From the NCBI GenBank assembly GCA_965657915.1, contig CBFHPN010000006.1, positions 3,057 through 67,056 of the forward strand: DNA of 64,000 bases, written 5' to 3'. Every line of letters starts with the position of its first letter. Position 1 is the first letter of the stretch. Below, piece by piece: positions 44,899 to 54,137 of this stretch. The stretch is from Acholeplasmataceae bacterium (GTDB taxonomy: Bacteria; Bacillota_I; Bacilli_A; Acholeplasmatales; Acholeplasmataceae). The translations under genes were made by a program, and so were the position numbers. A model generated the notes under the pieces. It ran no database searches. It worked only from the letters and a program-made list of their open reading frames with translations, and was not told where the DNA came from.

Positions 44899-46161
44899 AT
44901 GGATATCTATATATTTTTACTGTTAAGTGGAATCGCGTTACTCACTGGATATTTTTTTGGAAGAATCGCTGAAAAATTAAACTTACCAGCAATCACAGGG
45001 TATGTCATTGCAGGTGTATGCTTAGGGCCATCTATATTTGGTGTCATCTCAAATGAAACACTTGAAGGGTTTAACATTATAAACAATGTTGTATTGGGTA
45101 TTATCGCATACCAAATAGGAACTGAATTATGGTTACCAAAACTTAAAAAAAGTGGTAAGTCTATCCTCATGATCACAACTGTTCAAGCACTACTAACCGC
45201 AATCTTTGTTTTTGGGTTTGTATATTTGATTGATGGTCGTCTATGGTTAGCATTGACTTTATCAGCCATTGCAACCGCAACTGCTCCTGCGCCAATTATG
45301 GTGATGATTAAAAAATATAAGGCAAAAGGCCCTATTGTTGATACAGTCGTTCCTGTTGTTGGGATTGATGATATGTTTGGGGTAGTTATTTTTGGACTTT
45401 TTACATCCATTGCAGTTTCTACACTTGGTGCAACGGTATTAAATATTGAATCTGCATTGATTGAACCAATGACTGAAGTTGTATTATCTGTATTGGTTGG
45501 ATCTGTTTTTGGACTCTTTTTAGGTGTGATGTCTAAAATATTTGTTGTGAAATTAGAAAAGAAAGACAAATATATCGCATACCTCATCATCTCACTCTCT
45601 TCAGTTCTCATTAGTGTCTATTTAACACATACGTTTCACTTATCAAATATCTTAACACCAATGATGATTGGGATGGTCTTTACGAATTTTATTAAAAAAG
45701 AACCTTTTGAAATTCAAGAAGCGGCAATTTCTAACTTTTCTGGTCCATTCATTATTTTATTTTTTACATTAGCAGGCGCACAACTTTCCCTTAATGTTTT
45801 AGTAGATGCTGGCTTCATTGCATTGCTATATATTATTTTTAGATCCATCGGTAAAATTGGTGGCGCGTATTTAGGTGGTGTCCTTACCAAGGCACCTAGA
45901 AATGTAAAAATAGGTACAGGATTATCGATTTTACCTCAAGGTGGGGTGGAAATAGGCATGTTGGTTGCAGTGTCTTCGGTATTTCCAACAAGTGAAGCAC
46001 TACTTATTAAAACGGTTGTATTAACAGGTATTTTATTCTTTGAAATTGTTGGACCGATTTTATTTAAGAAAACTTTAGAGCACTTTGGGGAAATAAAAAT
46101 TTCTAAAAAACTACTAAAACAAAAAGAACGAAACGCAAGTGAACTTGTTGTTGAAGCGTAA
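44899..46161 (+). CDS. cation:proton antiporter (CPA/Na_H_exchanger family)
   Basis: About 12 TM segments. The N-terminus LPAITGYVIAGVCLGPSIFG is typical of CPA2-type exchangers. Confidence 0.75.
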   Translation: MDIYIFLLLSGIALLTGYFFGRIAEKLNLPAITGYVIAGVCLGPSIFGVISNETLEGFNIINNVVLGIIAYQIGTELWLPKLKKSGKSILMITTVQALLTAIFVFGFVYLIDGRLWLALTLSAIATATAPAPIMVMIKKYKAKGPIVDTVVPVVGIDDMFGVVIFGLFTSIAVSTLGATVLNIESALIEPMTEVVLSVLVGSVFGLFLGVMSKIFVVKLEKKDKYIAYLIISLSSVLISVYLTHTFHLSNILTPMMIGMVFTNFIKKEPFEIQEAAISNFSGPFIILFFTLAGAQLSLNVLVDAGFIALLYIIFRSIGKIGGAYLGGVLTKAPRNVKIGTGLSILPQGGVEIGMLVAVSSVFPTSEALLIKTVVLTGILFFEIVGPILFKKTLEHFGEIKISKKLLKQKERNASELVVEA

Positions 46162-46242
46162 GTGATAGTTAATAAATAGTGTTTCATTTAAGTTAGAAGC
46201 ATATGATAACTCATAAATTGAATATATATAAATTAAAAAAAT

Positions 46243-46270
46243 AAAAGGATGAATTTTTCGTCCTTTTATT
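46243..46270 (+). terminator. probable intrinsic terminator
   Basis: aaaaggatg-aattttt-cgtcctttt (one G-U pair) with a short T-run. Confidence 0.5.
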
Positions 46271-46353
46271 GTATTTCAAAGAACATTAGAGTATTCTAAT
46301 ATTAGAAATCACTATTACTTGGCAACTTTATAGAATATTATTGTGAGGGAAAT

Positions 46354-47859
46354 ATGTCTTTAATACTTGTGATTGACCAAGGGACAACATCAACGAGAAC
46401 CATTATTTTTAACAAGCAATCAGAAATCATTTCAATGGCTCAAAAAGAAATTACACAATACTATCCAAATCCAGGATGGGTTTATCATGATGCCAATGAA
46501 ATTTGGTTATCGGTTTTAACAACCATGACGCAAGCGATTTATCAAAAAAATATTGATCCTAAAGAAATTCTTGTCATCGGGATTACCAATCAACGAGAAA
46601 CTGTTGTTGCTTGGGATAAAAAAACTGAACAACCACTTCATCATGCAATTGTATGGCAATCAAGACAAACTCAAGAACATTGTGAAAGACTTAAAAAAGA
46701 AGGATATGAATCAATGATTCAAGATAAAACTGGACTAGTGATTGATCCATATTTTTCAGCAACCAAATTTGCTTGGCTCATGAACAATATTCCAAATATC
46801 GATACATTCATTAAAGAAGATAGACTCGCTTTTGGAACCATCGATAGTTTCATTACATATAAACTTACTGGTAATCATGTGACCGACGTATCCAACGCAT
46901 CAAGAACGATGCTGTTTAATATTCATACATTATCTTGGGATGTAGACTTACTTTCATTATTTGAGATTCCTTTTAAAACGTTACCAGACGTCAAACCATC
47001 CTCATGTATATTTGGAAATACTAAGCCACATCACTTTTTTGGAAAAGAAATTCCAATCGGTGGGATTTTAGGAGATCAACAAGCGGCTTTATTTGGTCAA
47101 CGTGCTTTTCAACAAGGTGATGTTAAAAATACATACGGCACAGGTTGTTTTTTACTCATGAATACCGGAAATGACATCTCAAAATCTAAACTAGGATTAT
47201 TATCAACAGTTGCTTGGCAAATAGGTGAACATGTGACGTATGCGCTAGAAGGATCCGTTTTTGTGGCAGGTTCTGCTGTACAGTGGTTAAGAGATGGATT
47301 AAAAATCATTGGTGATGCAAAAGAAACAGAACCACACGCATATGCGTTACCACACAATGAGGGCGTATACATGGTTCCAGCATTTGTTGGTCTAGGCACA
47401 CCTTATTGGTCAAGTGAGGCAAGAGGTGCGATATTTGGCATTACCCGAGGCACAACAGAAAAGCATTTTTCTCGTGCTGCACTCGAATCGATTGCGTATC
47501 AAAGCTATGATGTGATTGAAGCGATGAAAAAAGATAGTCATCTTCCAATCACGAAGATCCATGTTGATGGTGGTGCAACAAGTAATCCATTTTTAATGCA
47601 GTTTCAAGCAGATATCATGGGTCTTGATGTCATTAAACCTGATCAATTAGAATCCACGGCACGCGGTGTTGCTTGGATGGCAGGATTAACTGTGGGGATG
47701 TATAAAGATTTAGAGACGATTTTAAGGATTGATATCCCGTCTAAAACGTATCATCCCTTGATGTCAAATGATCTAAGAGAAAAGTTATTAGAAGGTTGGC
47801 AAGAAGCAGTGAAAGCAACCATACAATATAAAAGACCATCCTTAGATGATCTTAAGTGA
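46354..47859 (+). CDS. glpK: glycerol kinase
   Basis: LVIDQGTTSTR, GITNQRETVVAWD, GDQQAALFGQ, TYGTGCF, VDGGAT. Confidence 0.92.
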   Translation: MSLILVIDQGTTSTRTIIFNKQSEIISMAQKEITQYYPNPGWVYHDANEIWLSVLTTMTQAIYQKNIDPKEILVIGITNQRETVVAWDKKTEQPLHHAIVWQSRQTQEHCERLKKEGYESMIQDKTGLVIDPYFSATKFAWLMNNIPNIDTFIKEDRLAFGTIDSFITYKLTGNHVTDVSNASRTMLFNIHTLSWDVDLLSLFEIPFKTLPDVKPSSCIFGNTKPHHFFGKEIPIGGILGDQQAALFGQRAFQQGDVKNTYGTGCFLLMNTGNDISKSKLGLLSTVAWQIGEHVTYALEGSVFVAGSAVQWLRDGLKIIGDAKETEPHAYALPHNEGVYMVPAFVGLGTPYWSSEARGAIFGITRGTTEKHFSRAALESIAYQSYDVIEAMKKDSHLPITKIHVDGGATSNPFLMQFQADIMGLDVIKPDQLESTARGVAWMAGLTVGMYKDLETILRIDIPSKTYHPLMSNDLREKLLEGWQEAVKATIQYKRPSLDDLK

Positions 47860-48466
47860 CAAATATTTCTGGATGTAAATCAACATATTTATTAAGAGAT
47901 CGTTGAAGTAAAACTTTATCAAACATGACGTCAACGTATTCATAGTGGTGACCCCTTAAATGAATGCATTTCAAATATGAGATTGGTGTTTTATACGTTT
48001 GTTCATAACCTAATTTATATAAATTGAGTTGTAAGGTTAAATGTGTTTGATGAAGATGTGCCATACGCTTCACATCAACAATACCTTGACCTTTTATAAA
48101 AGGAGAAGTCACAATCATATCAAATCTTCCTGCAGCAATGACAACACCTAAATGTGAAATGACAACAATTTGTTCATTTTTAACAACATCAATTTGATGT
48201 TGTTTTTTTAATTTTAAATAATTTTTAAATTCCATTAAATGACTAACTTCACCCGTGAGTTCAAAATGTTCGATGGCATCATGCAGTTCAGTGCCTCTTT
48301 CAGCAGCACGCGCTAAAATCGTTGGGTCTACCCGTTTATAAGGTGAAGGTAATAGTTCTTTGATGAGTTGAGTCACAGATATGACGGGCACATGATCGAC
48401 CCAATATTGATGTGTATCGGAATCAAATTCGATGTAATAGTCTTCTACTTGTAAAGATGTTTTCAT
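47852..48466 (-). CDS. PD-(D/E)XK (RecB/Cas4-like) nuclease superfamily protein
   Basis: Motif series RGTELHDAIE ... GRFDMIV ... IVDVKR ... LQLNLY (GxxxH, D, D/ExK, QxxxY). Its 3' end overlaps the glpK 3' end by 8 bp (convergent). Confidence 0.55.
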   Translation of the reverse strand: MKTSLQVEDYYIEFDSDTHQYWVDHVPVISVTQLIKELLPSPYKRVDPTILARAAERGTELHDAIEHFELTGEVSHLMEFKNYLKLKKQHQIDVVKNEQIVVISHLGVVIAAGRFDMIVTSPFIKGQGIVDVKRMAHLHQTHLTLQLNLYKLGYEQTYKTPISYLKCIHLRGHHYEYVDVMFDKVLLQRSLNKYVDLHPEIFVT

Positions 48467-49368
48467 GAGAGTGCCTCTAATAAATCATTTTTGATGATGT
48501 CATCTTTTAAAAGATGTGTCATGGATGCGATGATATTGTTATACATGGATGAAGGTTTTGAAAGGAGCATATGTTCATAAAATAAATGGTTTTTTAAATC
48601 ATTCATATAGGTCTCATCTGCTTGTAAATATTTTTGATACGCCATGTGAATGTGTGAACTATAAATAAAATATGCATCGTGCCACATATGTGCCACTTGA
48701 AAGAAAAAAGCAGCAAGCTTTATATAATCTTTTTGCTCATTTGTTTGTTTAGATAAAACAATCAAATATTGATCCATGACAATATCAAAAAGTAAGATTT
48801 GAGACATATAGAAGTTTTTCTCAAGTAAACTAGAGGTGATAACATCGTGATGCGAGATATCATCAAATAAATAGGCATATAAAACGAAATAACTTAAGGA
48901 TTCAATATTTGGAATTGAAGCATCAAAGACATCTTTATTCGTTTCAAAGATATGTTTGAGTTGATCAATAGACATTAAATTCAATTGAAATTCATAATAG
49001 GATACGTATAGCGAAACGAGTGTGTTCAGAGGTTTTGAATCTTTATCATAATTTTTCAAAGCGTCATAATAAGGTTTGGCAAGTTCAAGTTCTTGATAAT
49101 GCGTATACGTGAAAAACTCGATGATTCCTGAAGGTTTTTGTTTGATTTTTAAAACATACATTAAGATATCAGGTAAATCAACACCAAGCTTAAAGATAAG
49201 TTTTTCAAGTGTATCTAATGGAATTGGTAAGTCTTGATTAAGATAACGTCGATAACTCCTCTCAGAAGTTATATTCTCAATAAGATCTTCAATCGAGAGT
49301 TTCTTTTCTTTTCTTAACGTTTCTACAGCTTCCAAATACAAGGTGAGTTCATGATTAGAGTAGGGCAT
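48463..49368 (-). CDS. HTH (XRE-like) regulator with long helical C-terminal domain, Rgg/RRNPP-like
   Basis: The N-terminus LRKEKKLSIEDLIENITSERSYRRYLNQDLPIPLDTLEKLIFKLG fits an HTH. About 300 aa. Paralog of the upstream gene; ATGA overlap with the nuclease gene. Confidence 0.5.
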   Translation of the reverse strand: MPYSNHELTLYLEAVETLRKEKKLSIEDLIENITSERSYRRYLNQDLPIPLDTLEKLIFKLGVDLPDILMYVLKIKQKPSGIIEFFTYTHYQELELAKPYYDALKNYDKDSKPLNTLVSLYVSYYEFQLNLMSIDQLKHIFETNKDVFDASIPNIESLSYFVLYAYLFDDISHHDVITSSLLEKNFYMSQILLFDIVMDQYLIVLSKQTNEQKDYIKLAAFFFQVAHMWHDAYFIYSSHIHMAYQKYLQADETYMNDLKNHLFYEHMLLSKPSSMYNNIIASMTHLLKDDIIKNDLLEALS

Positions 49369-50318
49369 TAAAACGCACCTTCTTTCATAAAATACACATG
49401 ATCTAAAGATGTATGAGAGATGATCATGTTTAATTCATCTAATGACAATTTGTTTAAAATGAATGGATCATCTTTCAATGTATAGGTTTTATTTTGAAGT
49501 CGTTTTATCATGATGTATTGAATCAGGTATAAAGGGAATCGTTTGTCATCTTTAGATATGTAATCAAGTGCATCATTAAAAAATGACATAAAACTATCAT
49601 CTAAATGATGTTTTTTAACATTGTTCAATGCAAATTCAAAGATGTGATCGATAAAAGATGTGAATTTTATTTTTAATGCAGAATCTGAAAATAAAACGCG
49701 AGCAAGCGACTGTATCATGGCATTCATATCAAGATCATACTGTTGTGTGATGAGTTGTTTATGACCTAACATAAGATCAATTAAAATTGGAACAACTTGA
49801 ATTTGATCGTCATACGGTCCATCTTTAAGAAGTAAAAGCAATATTTTAAGTGCATTTCTATCAATGATGCTTCTGGATTTAAGTTGCTCAATATTGATTT
49901 GATTTTTTAAAAAGTGAATATATTCAAAGCTATTAATTTGATGATTAAGAAATGCATAACGTTTTAATAAAGAAGGTAAAATAACATCGCCTACATGTGT
50001 ATAAAAAGGAGGTTTGACCTTTTCAATCAAAGGTTTTGCTTCATCAAACATCTCATGATCTAAATAATGAGATAAATAGATTTCCTCTTGATGCTTGATC
50101 GAAATATGATTTAAAGAGAAAATAATAAAGTCGCGCATTCTCATTTGTAGCCGTTCAACGAGTAATACTAAGACTTCAAAATTAAAAGGTTTTCCTTCAT
50201 TCACATAGCGTCGATATGAACGTTCAGAAACAATCCCGTCTAAAAAGATTTGATAGGTAAGTTTTTTCTGAATACGAAGATGTTCAATGACTTCAGTGAA
50301 TTGATTTTGACCAATCAT
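49368..50318 (-). CDS. HTH (XRE-like) regulator, Rgg/RRNPP-like paralog
   Basis: LRIQKKLTYQIFLDGIVSERSYRRYVNEGKPFNFEVLVLLVERL shares SERSYRRY with the neighbouring gene. SD AAGGAG precedes ATG 50318. Confidence 0.5.
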   Translation of the reverse strand: MIGQNQFTEVIEHLRIQKKLTYQIFLDGIVSERSYRRYVNEGKPFNFEVLVLLVERLQMRMRDFIIFSLNHISIKHQEEIYLSHYLDHEMFDEAKPLIEKVKPPFYTHVGDVILPSLLKRYAFLNHQINSFEYIHFLKNQINIEQLKSRSIIDRNALKILLLLLKDGPYDDQIQVVPILIDLMLGHKQLITQQYDLDMNAMIQSLARVLFSDSALKIKFTSFIDHIFEFALNNVKKHHLDDSFMSFFNDALDYISKDDKRFPLYLIQYIMIKRLQNKTYTLKDDPFILNKLSLDELNMIISHTSLDHVYFMKEGAF

Positions 50319-50574
50319 ATAGACTCCTTAGACATAGTGTATCACAAAATTTTATATAAATTTCTTATAGAACACAGTTGAAATCTTAAAAAAAAATTAA
50401 TTTCGGACAGATTTGCCGTTTTTTTATCAAATGATTTATGTTTTAATACATATGTAGTTGGACATCCATCGTATTGGGGGATATATGGATGTTAGGGGGG
50501 ACTACCTACAAACACGTTATTTTTACGTGTTTTTTTAATGGTTCTTTGATATGATTAAATAGAGGTCTTAAAAG

Positions 50575-50649
50575 ATGAAACGTACACTTGAAAGAAAAAT
50601 GAGTAATACGATGAAAGAACATCAATATTTTGAGTTGATCGCACTGTGA
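50575..50649 (+). CDS. candidate 24-aa micro-ORF (MKRTLERKMSNTMKEHQYFELIAL), GTGA-coupled to the next gene
   Basis: AGAGG lies 9 nt upstream of the ATG. Its TGA stop overlaps the SD-less GTG start of 50646..51281. No homology evidence is available. Confidence 0.3.
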   Translation: MKRTLERKMSNTMKEHQYFELIAL

Positions 50650-51281
50650 TAAAAGAAACAGAATTATTTCAACCCGTGAAACAATTATTTGAATCACTTG
50701 GATTTGAAGTAGAAGCAGAAATTGAACATATTGATATCATTGCAAAAAAAGATGATCGATATATTGCGATTGAACTTAAAAAAGAACTTAATATTCATGT
50801 CATTGCTCAAATTTTAAAGCGACAAACATTAACAGATGAAGCTTATATTGCAATTTTAAAACCAACAAAAAAAGTGATGGCTTCTGTAACATTTAAAGAT
50901 AAAATACTGATCTTAAAACGATTAGGCATTGGGTTAATTTTTGTAGATAAGCAAACTGTAATTTATAAAGAATCTGAAGTGATTTTACCAAAGAAAAAAT
51001 ATAAGAAGAAAAAGAGACTCATTGATACATTTCAAGCATTAAACAATGAGAATATTGGTGGTTCAAGTCAAACAAAACGGATGACATTATATAAGAAACA
51101 GGCAATGTCGATTGCGCAGTGTTTAGGACAAGATATTAAAAAACCTTCTCAAATCAAAAACGAAACAAAGATAGAAAAAACATATTCGATCTTATATAAA
51201 AATTATTATCATTGGTTTGAATCTCTAGGAAATGGACAGTACCAACTTACTGCTTTAGGTAAAAAAGACAACAACATTTAA
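50646..51281 (+). CDS. hypothetical protein with PD-(D/E)XK-like core (possibly DUF2161-like)
   Basis: GTG start with an in-frame stop 15 nt upstream. EIEHIDIIAKKDDRYIAIELKKE fits a D..(D/E)xK nuclease-fold core. The C-terminal half is lysine-rich. Confidence 0.4.
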   Translation: MIKETELFQPVKQLFESLGFEVEAEIEHIDIIAKKDDRYIAIELKKELNIHVIAQILKRQTLTDEAYIAILKPTKKVMASVTFKDKILILKRLGIGLIFVDKQTVIYKESEVILPKKKYKKKKRLIDTFQALNNENIGGSSQTKRMTLYKKQAMSIAQCLGQDIKKPSQIKNETKIEKTYSILYKNYYHWFESLGNGQYQLTALGKKDNNI

Positions 51282-51325
51282 CTTTATTCATGTAAAGTGA
51301 TATAATGAAATCAAAGGGGAGAATG

Positions 51326-51613
51326 ATGGCAAAATCAAAATTTCAAAATCCACTTCTTGATGAACTTTTTGAATCATTTTTAGAAATTAATTCAAGAAAA
51401 GAATGGTATAAAGTATTTGAAGATTTATGTACCATTCAAGAAATCAAAGATATGACATTACGCTTTGAAGTCGCTAAAAAATTAAATGAGGGATTAAGTT
51501 ATCAAATCATTAGTGAACAAACCGGTGCATCCTCAACGACGATATCAAGAGTTGCCAAAGCTTTAGGATATGGTGAAGGTGGATATCAATTGTTATTAAG
51601 AAAAAAAGATTAG
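51326..51613 (+). CDS. YerC/YecD family TrpR-like protein
   Basis: ORF track 51305..51613, but ATG 51305 sits inside an extended -10 (TGATATAAT, 51298..51306). I prefer ATG 51326 after AAGGGGAG. DLCTIQEIKDMTLRFEVAKKL..GLSYQIISEQTGASSTTISRV. Confidence 0.75.
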   Translation: MAKSKFQNPLLDELFESFLEINSRKEWYKVFEDLCTIQEIKDMTLRFEVAKKLNEGLSYQIISEQTGASSTTISRVAKALGYGEGGYQLLLRKKD

Positions 51614-51634
51614 ATCATTATCTAATCTTTTTTA
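51601..51634. terminator. bidirectional intrinsic terminator
   Basis: agattagat-catt-atctaatct flanked by A- and T-runs. Confidence 0.75.
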
Positions 51635-52435
51635 TTTCACTAATCGTTTTCTAATTTTCCCTGAAATAAAATCAATAATTGTGACAGTAATAACAAGTAA
51701 AATAACAATTGTAAATGTTCTATCCCATGCTCGACTTCTAATTGCAAAAAGTAATGGAGCACCGATACCTCCTGCACCAACAAGTCCTAGTGTTGATGCT
51801 GCACGCATGTTGATTTCAAACCTGAATAAAGTATAACTCATAAACTCTGGCGCAATTTGAGGTAGTATGGCACGAAATAATACTTCAAGTTTATTTCCAC
51901 CAACAGATTCTATCGCCTCTTTAACTCCAATATCCATAGATTCTATCGCTTCTGAATATAATTTCCCTAACATACCGATTGAATGGATTCCTAATGCTAA
52001 AATACCAGCTGGTGCACCAGGTCCAACAATTGCAATAAAAATTAATGCGAGTATGAGTTCTGGAAATGTACGAATCATTGTAATGATAAATTTACCGACT
52101 CGAGCTGTCTTAATACCTACGATATTTTGTGCTGCAAAAATCGAAAATGGTATGGCAAGTATCCCAGATATAAAAGTCCCAGCTATTGCAATCGCAAGTG
52201 TTTCTAAAATTGCATAGGGTAGACCATCTATGGTCATATTTGTTAAATAATCAAAATCAGGATTTAAAAGTCCTTCAATCATCCCATTAATTGTTCCTTG
52301 AGCCGTAATTGCGATGCCACGATAATTAAGGGATTGAATGCTCCAAATTAATAAAGAAATAAATAAAATATATCCAAGAATTCTTGTTAGACGACCTTTA
52401 TTTTCTTTTTGAGGAGGTATAATAGCTGTATGCAT
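51632..52435 (-). CDS. phnE: phosphonate-type ABC transporter permease (PhnE family)
   Basis: PhnE-like EAA region EAIESVGGNKLEVLFRAILPQIAPEF. 6 TM segments. Confidence 0.8.
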   Translation of the reverse strand: MHTAIIPPQKENKGRLTRILGYILFISLLIWSIQSLNYRGIAITAQGTINGMIEGLLNPDFDYLTNMTIDGLPYAILETLAIAIAGTFISGILAIPFSIFAAQNIVGIKTARVGKFIITMIRTFPELILALIFIAIVGPGAPAGILALGIHSIGMLGKLYSEAIESMDIGVKEAIESVGGNKLEVLFRAILPQIAPEFMSYTLFRFEINMRAASTLGLVGAGGIGAPLLFAIRSRAWDRTFTIVILLVITVTIIDFISGKIRKRLVK

Positions 52436-53229
52436 TATTTCACCAACCTCCTTCTTAAATATGAAGAAATATAGTCAATGATTAGAACAGTAACAAAAGA
52501 CATAATGACGATCATCCCAACCCGATCGAATTGTCTCCATGCAAGTACACGTTCATAGACTTGTCCAATACCCCCTGCACCAACATAACCTAAGACAGCT
52601 GCAGCACGAACATTCACTTCAAAAGCATATAAAGTATATGATAAATATTGCGGTAATATTTGAGGTAATATCGCAAACCTTAAAATTTCCAACTTGTTGC
52701 CACCTGAAGAAACAAGAGCTTCAATGGGTCCTAAATCAATACTTTCAATAGATTCATAGAGCATTTTAGATACTAAACCAAATGAAAAGATACTTAATGC
52801 AAGCACACCAGCGAAGTTACCAATTCCAAATATTGCAACAAACAGTGAAGCCATCACAAGTGCTGGAATTGTTCTTACGACATTAAGGATAAATCTTGAA
52901 GGTACCCTTAAATAAACTGTTGGTGTAAATATAGAAGAAGCTAGTAATGCTATAGGAAATGCAAAAAATGCACCAACAGTCGATCCTAATATCGCCATTT
53001 GGATCGTTTCGATTAATCCTCTTATTGCATTATCTGTAAAACTCCAATCTGGTGGAAAAAACATTCTAGATAATAAACGTCCAGAATAAATTAAATTTTG
53101 AAAAATTTCGATAAAACTAAATCCAGCAAACCAAAAACTTATTAAAATTATTAGTGCAAAAGAGCAAGCTTGAATGAAAAATTTATAATGAGATGGTTTA
53201 GAAAGATTCTTAGGATCGATATAATTCAT
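52435..53229 (-). CDS. phnE: phosphonate-type ABC transporter permease (PhnE family)
   Basis: EALVSSGGNKLEILRFAILPQILPQY. Paralog of the neighbouring permease. Confidence 0.8.
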   Translation of the reverse strand: MNYIDPKNLSKPSHYKFFIQACSFALIILISFWFAGFSFIEIFQNLIYSGRLLSRMFFPPDWSFTDNAIRGLIETIQMAILGSTVGAFFAFPIALLASSIFTPTVYLRVPSRFILNVVRTIPALVMASLFVAIFGIGNFAGVLALSIFSFGLVSKMLYESIESIDLGPIEALVSSGGNKLEILRFAILPQILPQYLSYTLYAFEVNVRAAAVLGYVGAGGIGQVYERVLAWRQFDRVGMIVIMSFVTVLIIDYISSYLRRRLVK

Positions 53230-54059
53230 TAGACGTTCTCTCCATCACCAACGAAATCATCATGTGATATTGGACGACCATACACTCTCTCTAAATCATT
53301 TATTATTTGTTTTTGATTTCCTTTTGTAACTGGAACATCATACACAATTTCTCCAGCTCTTACACCAACAATACGTGTTGCATAATTAAGTGCCAAGTCA
53401 ACATGATGTAAATTAGCGATGACAGTCATACCATCCTCAGTATTCAGTTTTTTTATATAAGCCATGACTTCAAAAGTTGTAATAGGATCAAGTGAAGCAA
53501 CAGGTTCATCTGCTAATAAAATTTTTGCTTGTTGAGCAATACTTCTAGCAATCGCAACACGTTGCATTTGTCCACCTGATAATTGAGATGCACGCGAATA
53601 AGTTTTATCTAAAATATCTACTTTAGATAATGCTTGGTATGCAATTTGTTTATCTTCTTCAGGAAATATGCCTAAAATTGTTTTCCAAGTTGGATGATAG
53701 GCTACACGTCCAGATAAAACATTTTGTAAGACACTCATGCGTTTTACAATATTAAAAGATTGAAAAATCATACCTATTTGAGTTCTTAATTGTCTTAACT
53801 TTTTTCCTTTTAATGAAGTGATATCAACAAAATGATCTGAATCATCAAAACTTAAAGTATCCGGGTTGACACCATCAAAAAACACATGTCCATCAGTAGG
53901 ATCAATGATTGTATTAATGCATCTTAATAATGTGGATTTACCCGCACCACTTAGACCTAATATAGCAACGTATTCACCTTTTTTTATCGTGAGATTAATG
54001 TTTTTTAATGCTTTTACACCATTATCATAAGTTTTAGAAACATTTTCAATACGAATCAT
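53229..54059 (-). CDS. phnC: phosphonate-type ABC transporter ATP-binding protein (PhnC family)
   Basis: [46 protein letters not shown]. Confidence 0.85.
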   Translation of the reverse strand: MIRIENVSKTYDNGVKALKNINLTIKKGEYVAILGLSGAGKSTLLRCINTIIDPTDGHVFFDGVNPDTLSFDDSDHFVDITSLKGKKLRQLRTQIGMIFQSFNIVKRMSVLQNVLSGRVAYHPTWKTILGIFPEEDKQIAYQALSKVDILDKTYSRASQLSGGQMQRVAIARSIAQQAKILLADEPVASLDPITTFEVMAYIKKLNTEDGMTVIANLHHVDLALNYATRIVGVRAGEIVYDVPVTKGNQKQIINDLERVYGRPISHDDFVGDGENV

Positions 54060-54079
54060 AGATTTTCTCCTTTAAAGTA

Positions 54080-54112
54080 AATAAATAGCCACCAATGGTG
54101 GCTATTTTTATT
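54080..54112 (-). terminator. intra-operon hairpin/attenuator between phnD and phnC
   Basis: atagccac-caatg-gtggctat, with T-rich sequence on both sides. Confidence 0.55.
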
Positions 54113-54137
54113 ATATCATTATGATTAAATTTTTAGA

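Noticed and set aside
46271-46353. TTAGA-gtat-TCTAA palindrome upstream of glpK as a cre or GlpP-type site
   Set aside because: It does not match the cre consensus (TGWAANCGNTNWCA). There is no antiterminator/terminator pair in the leader. The evidence is too weak to call.
50431-50457. 8-aa ORF MIYVLIHM
   Set aside because: It has no SD and is very short. Such ORFs are expected by chance in AT-rich DNA.
50490-50520. Possible preQ1-like or other small riboswitch (GGGGGGACUACCUACAAACACG)
   Set aside because: There is no P1 stem and A-rich tail arrangement matching preQ1-I/II. No other riboswitch class was recognised.
50506-50697. 63-aa minus-strand ORF from the track
   Set aside because: It is antisense to the micro-ORF/GTG-gene region, has no SD, and its low-complexity hydrophobic composition is typical of antisense frames.
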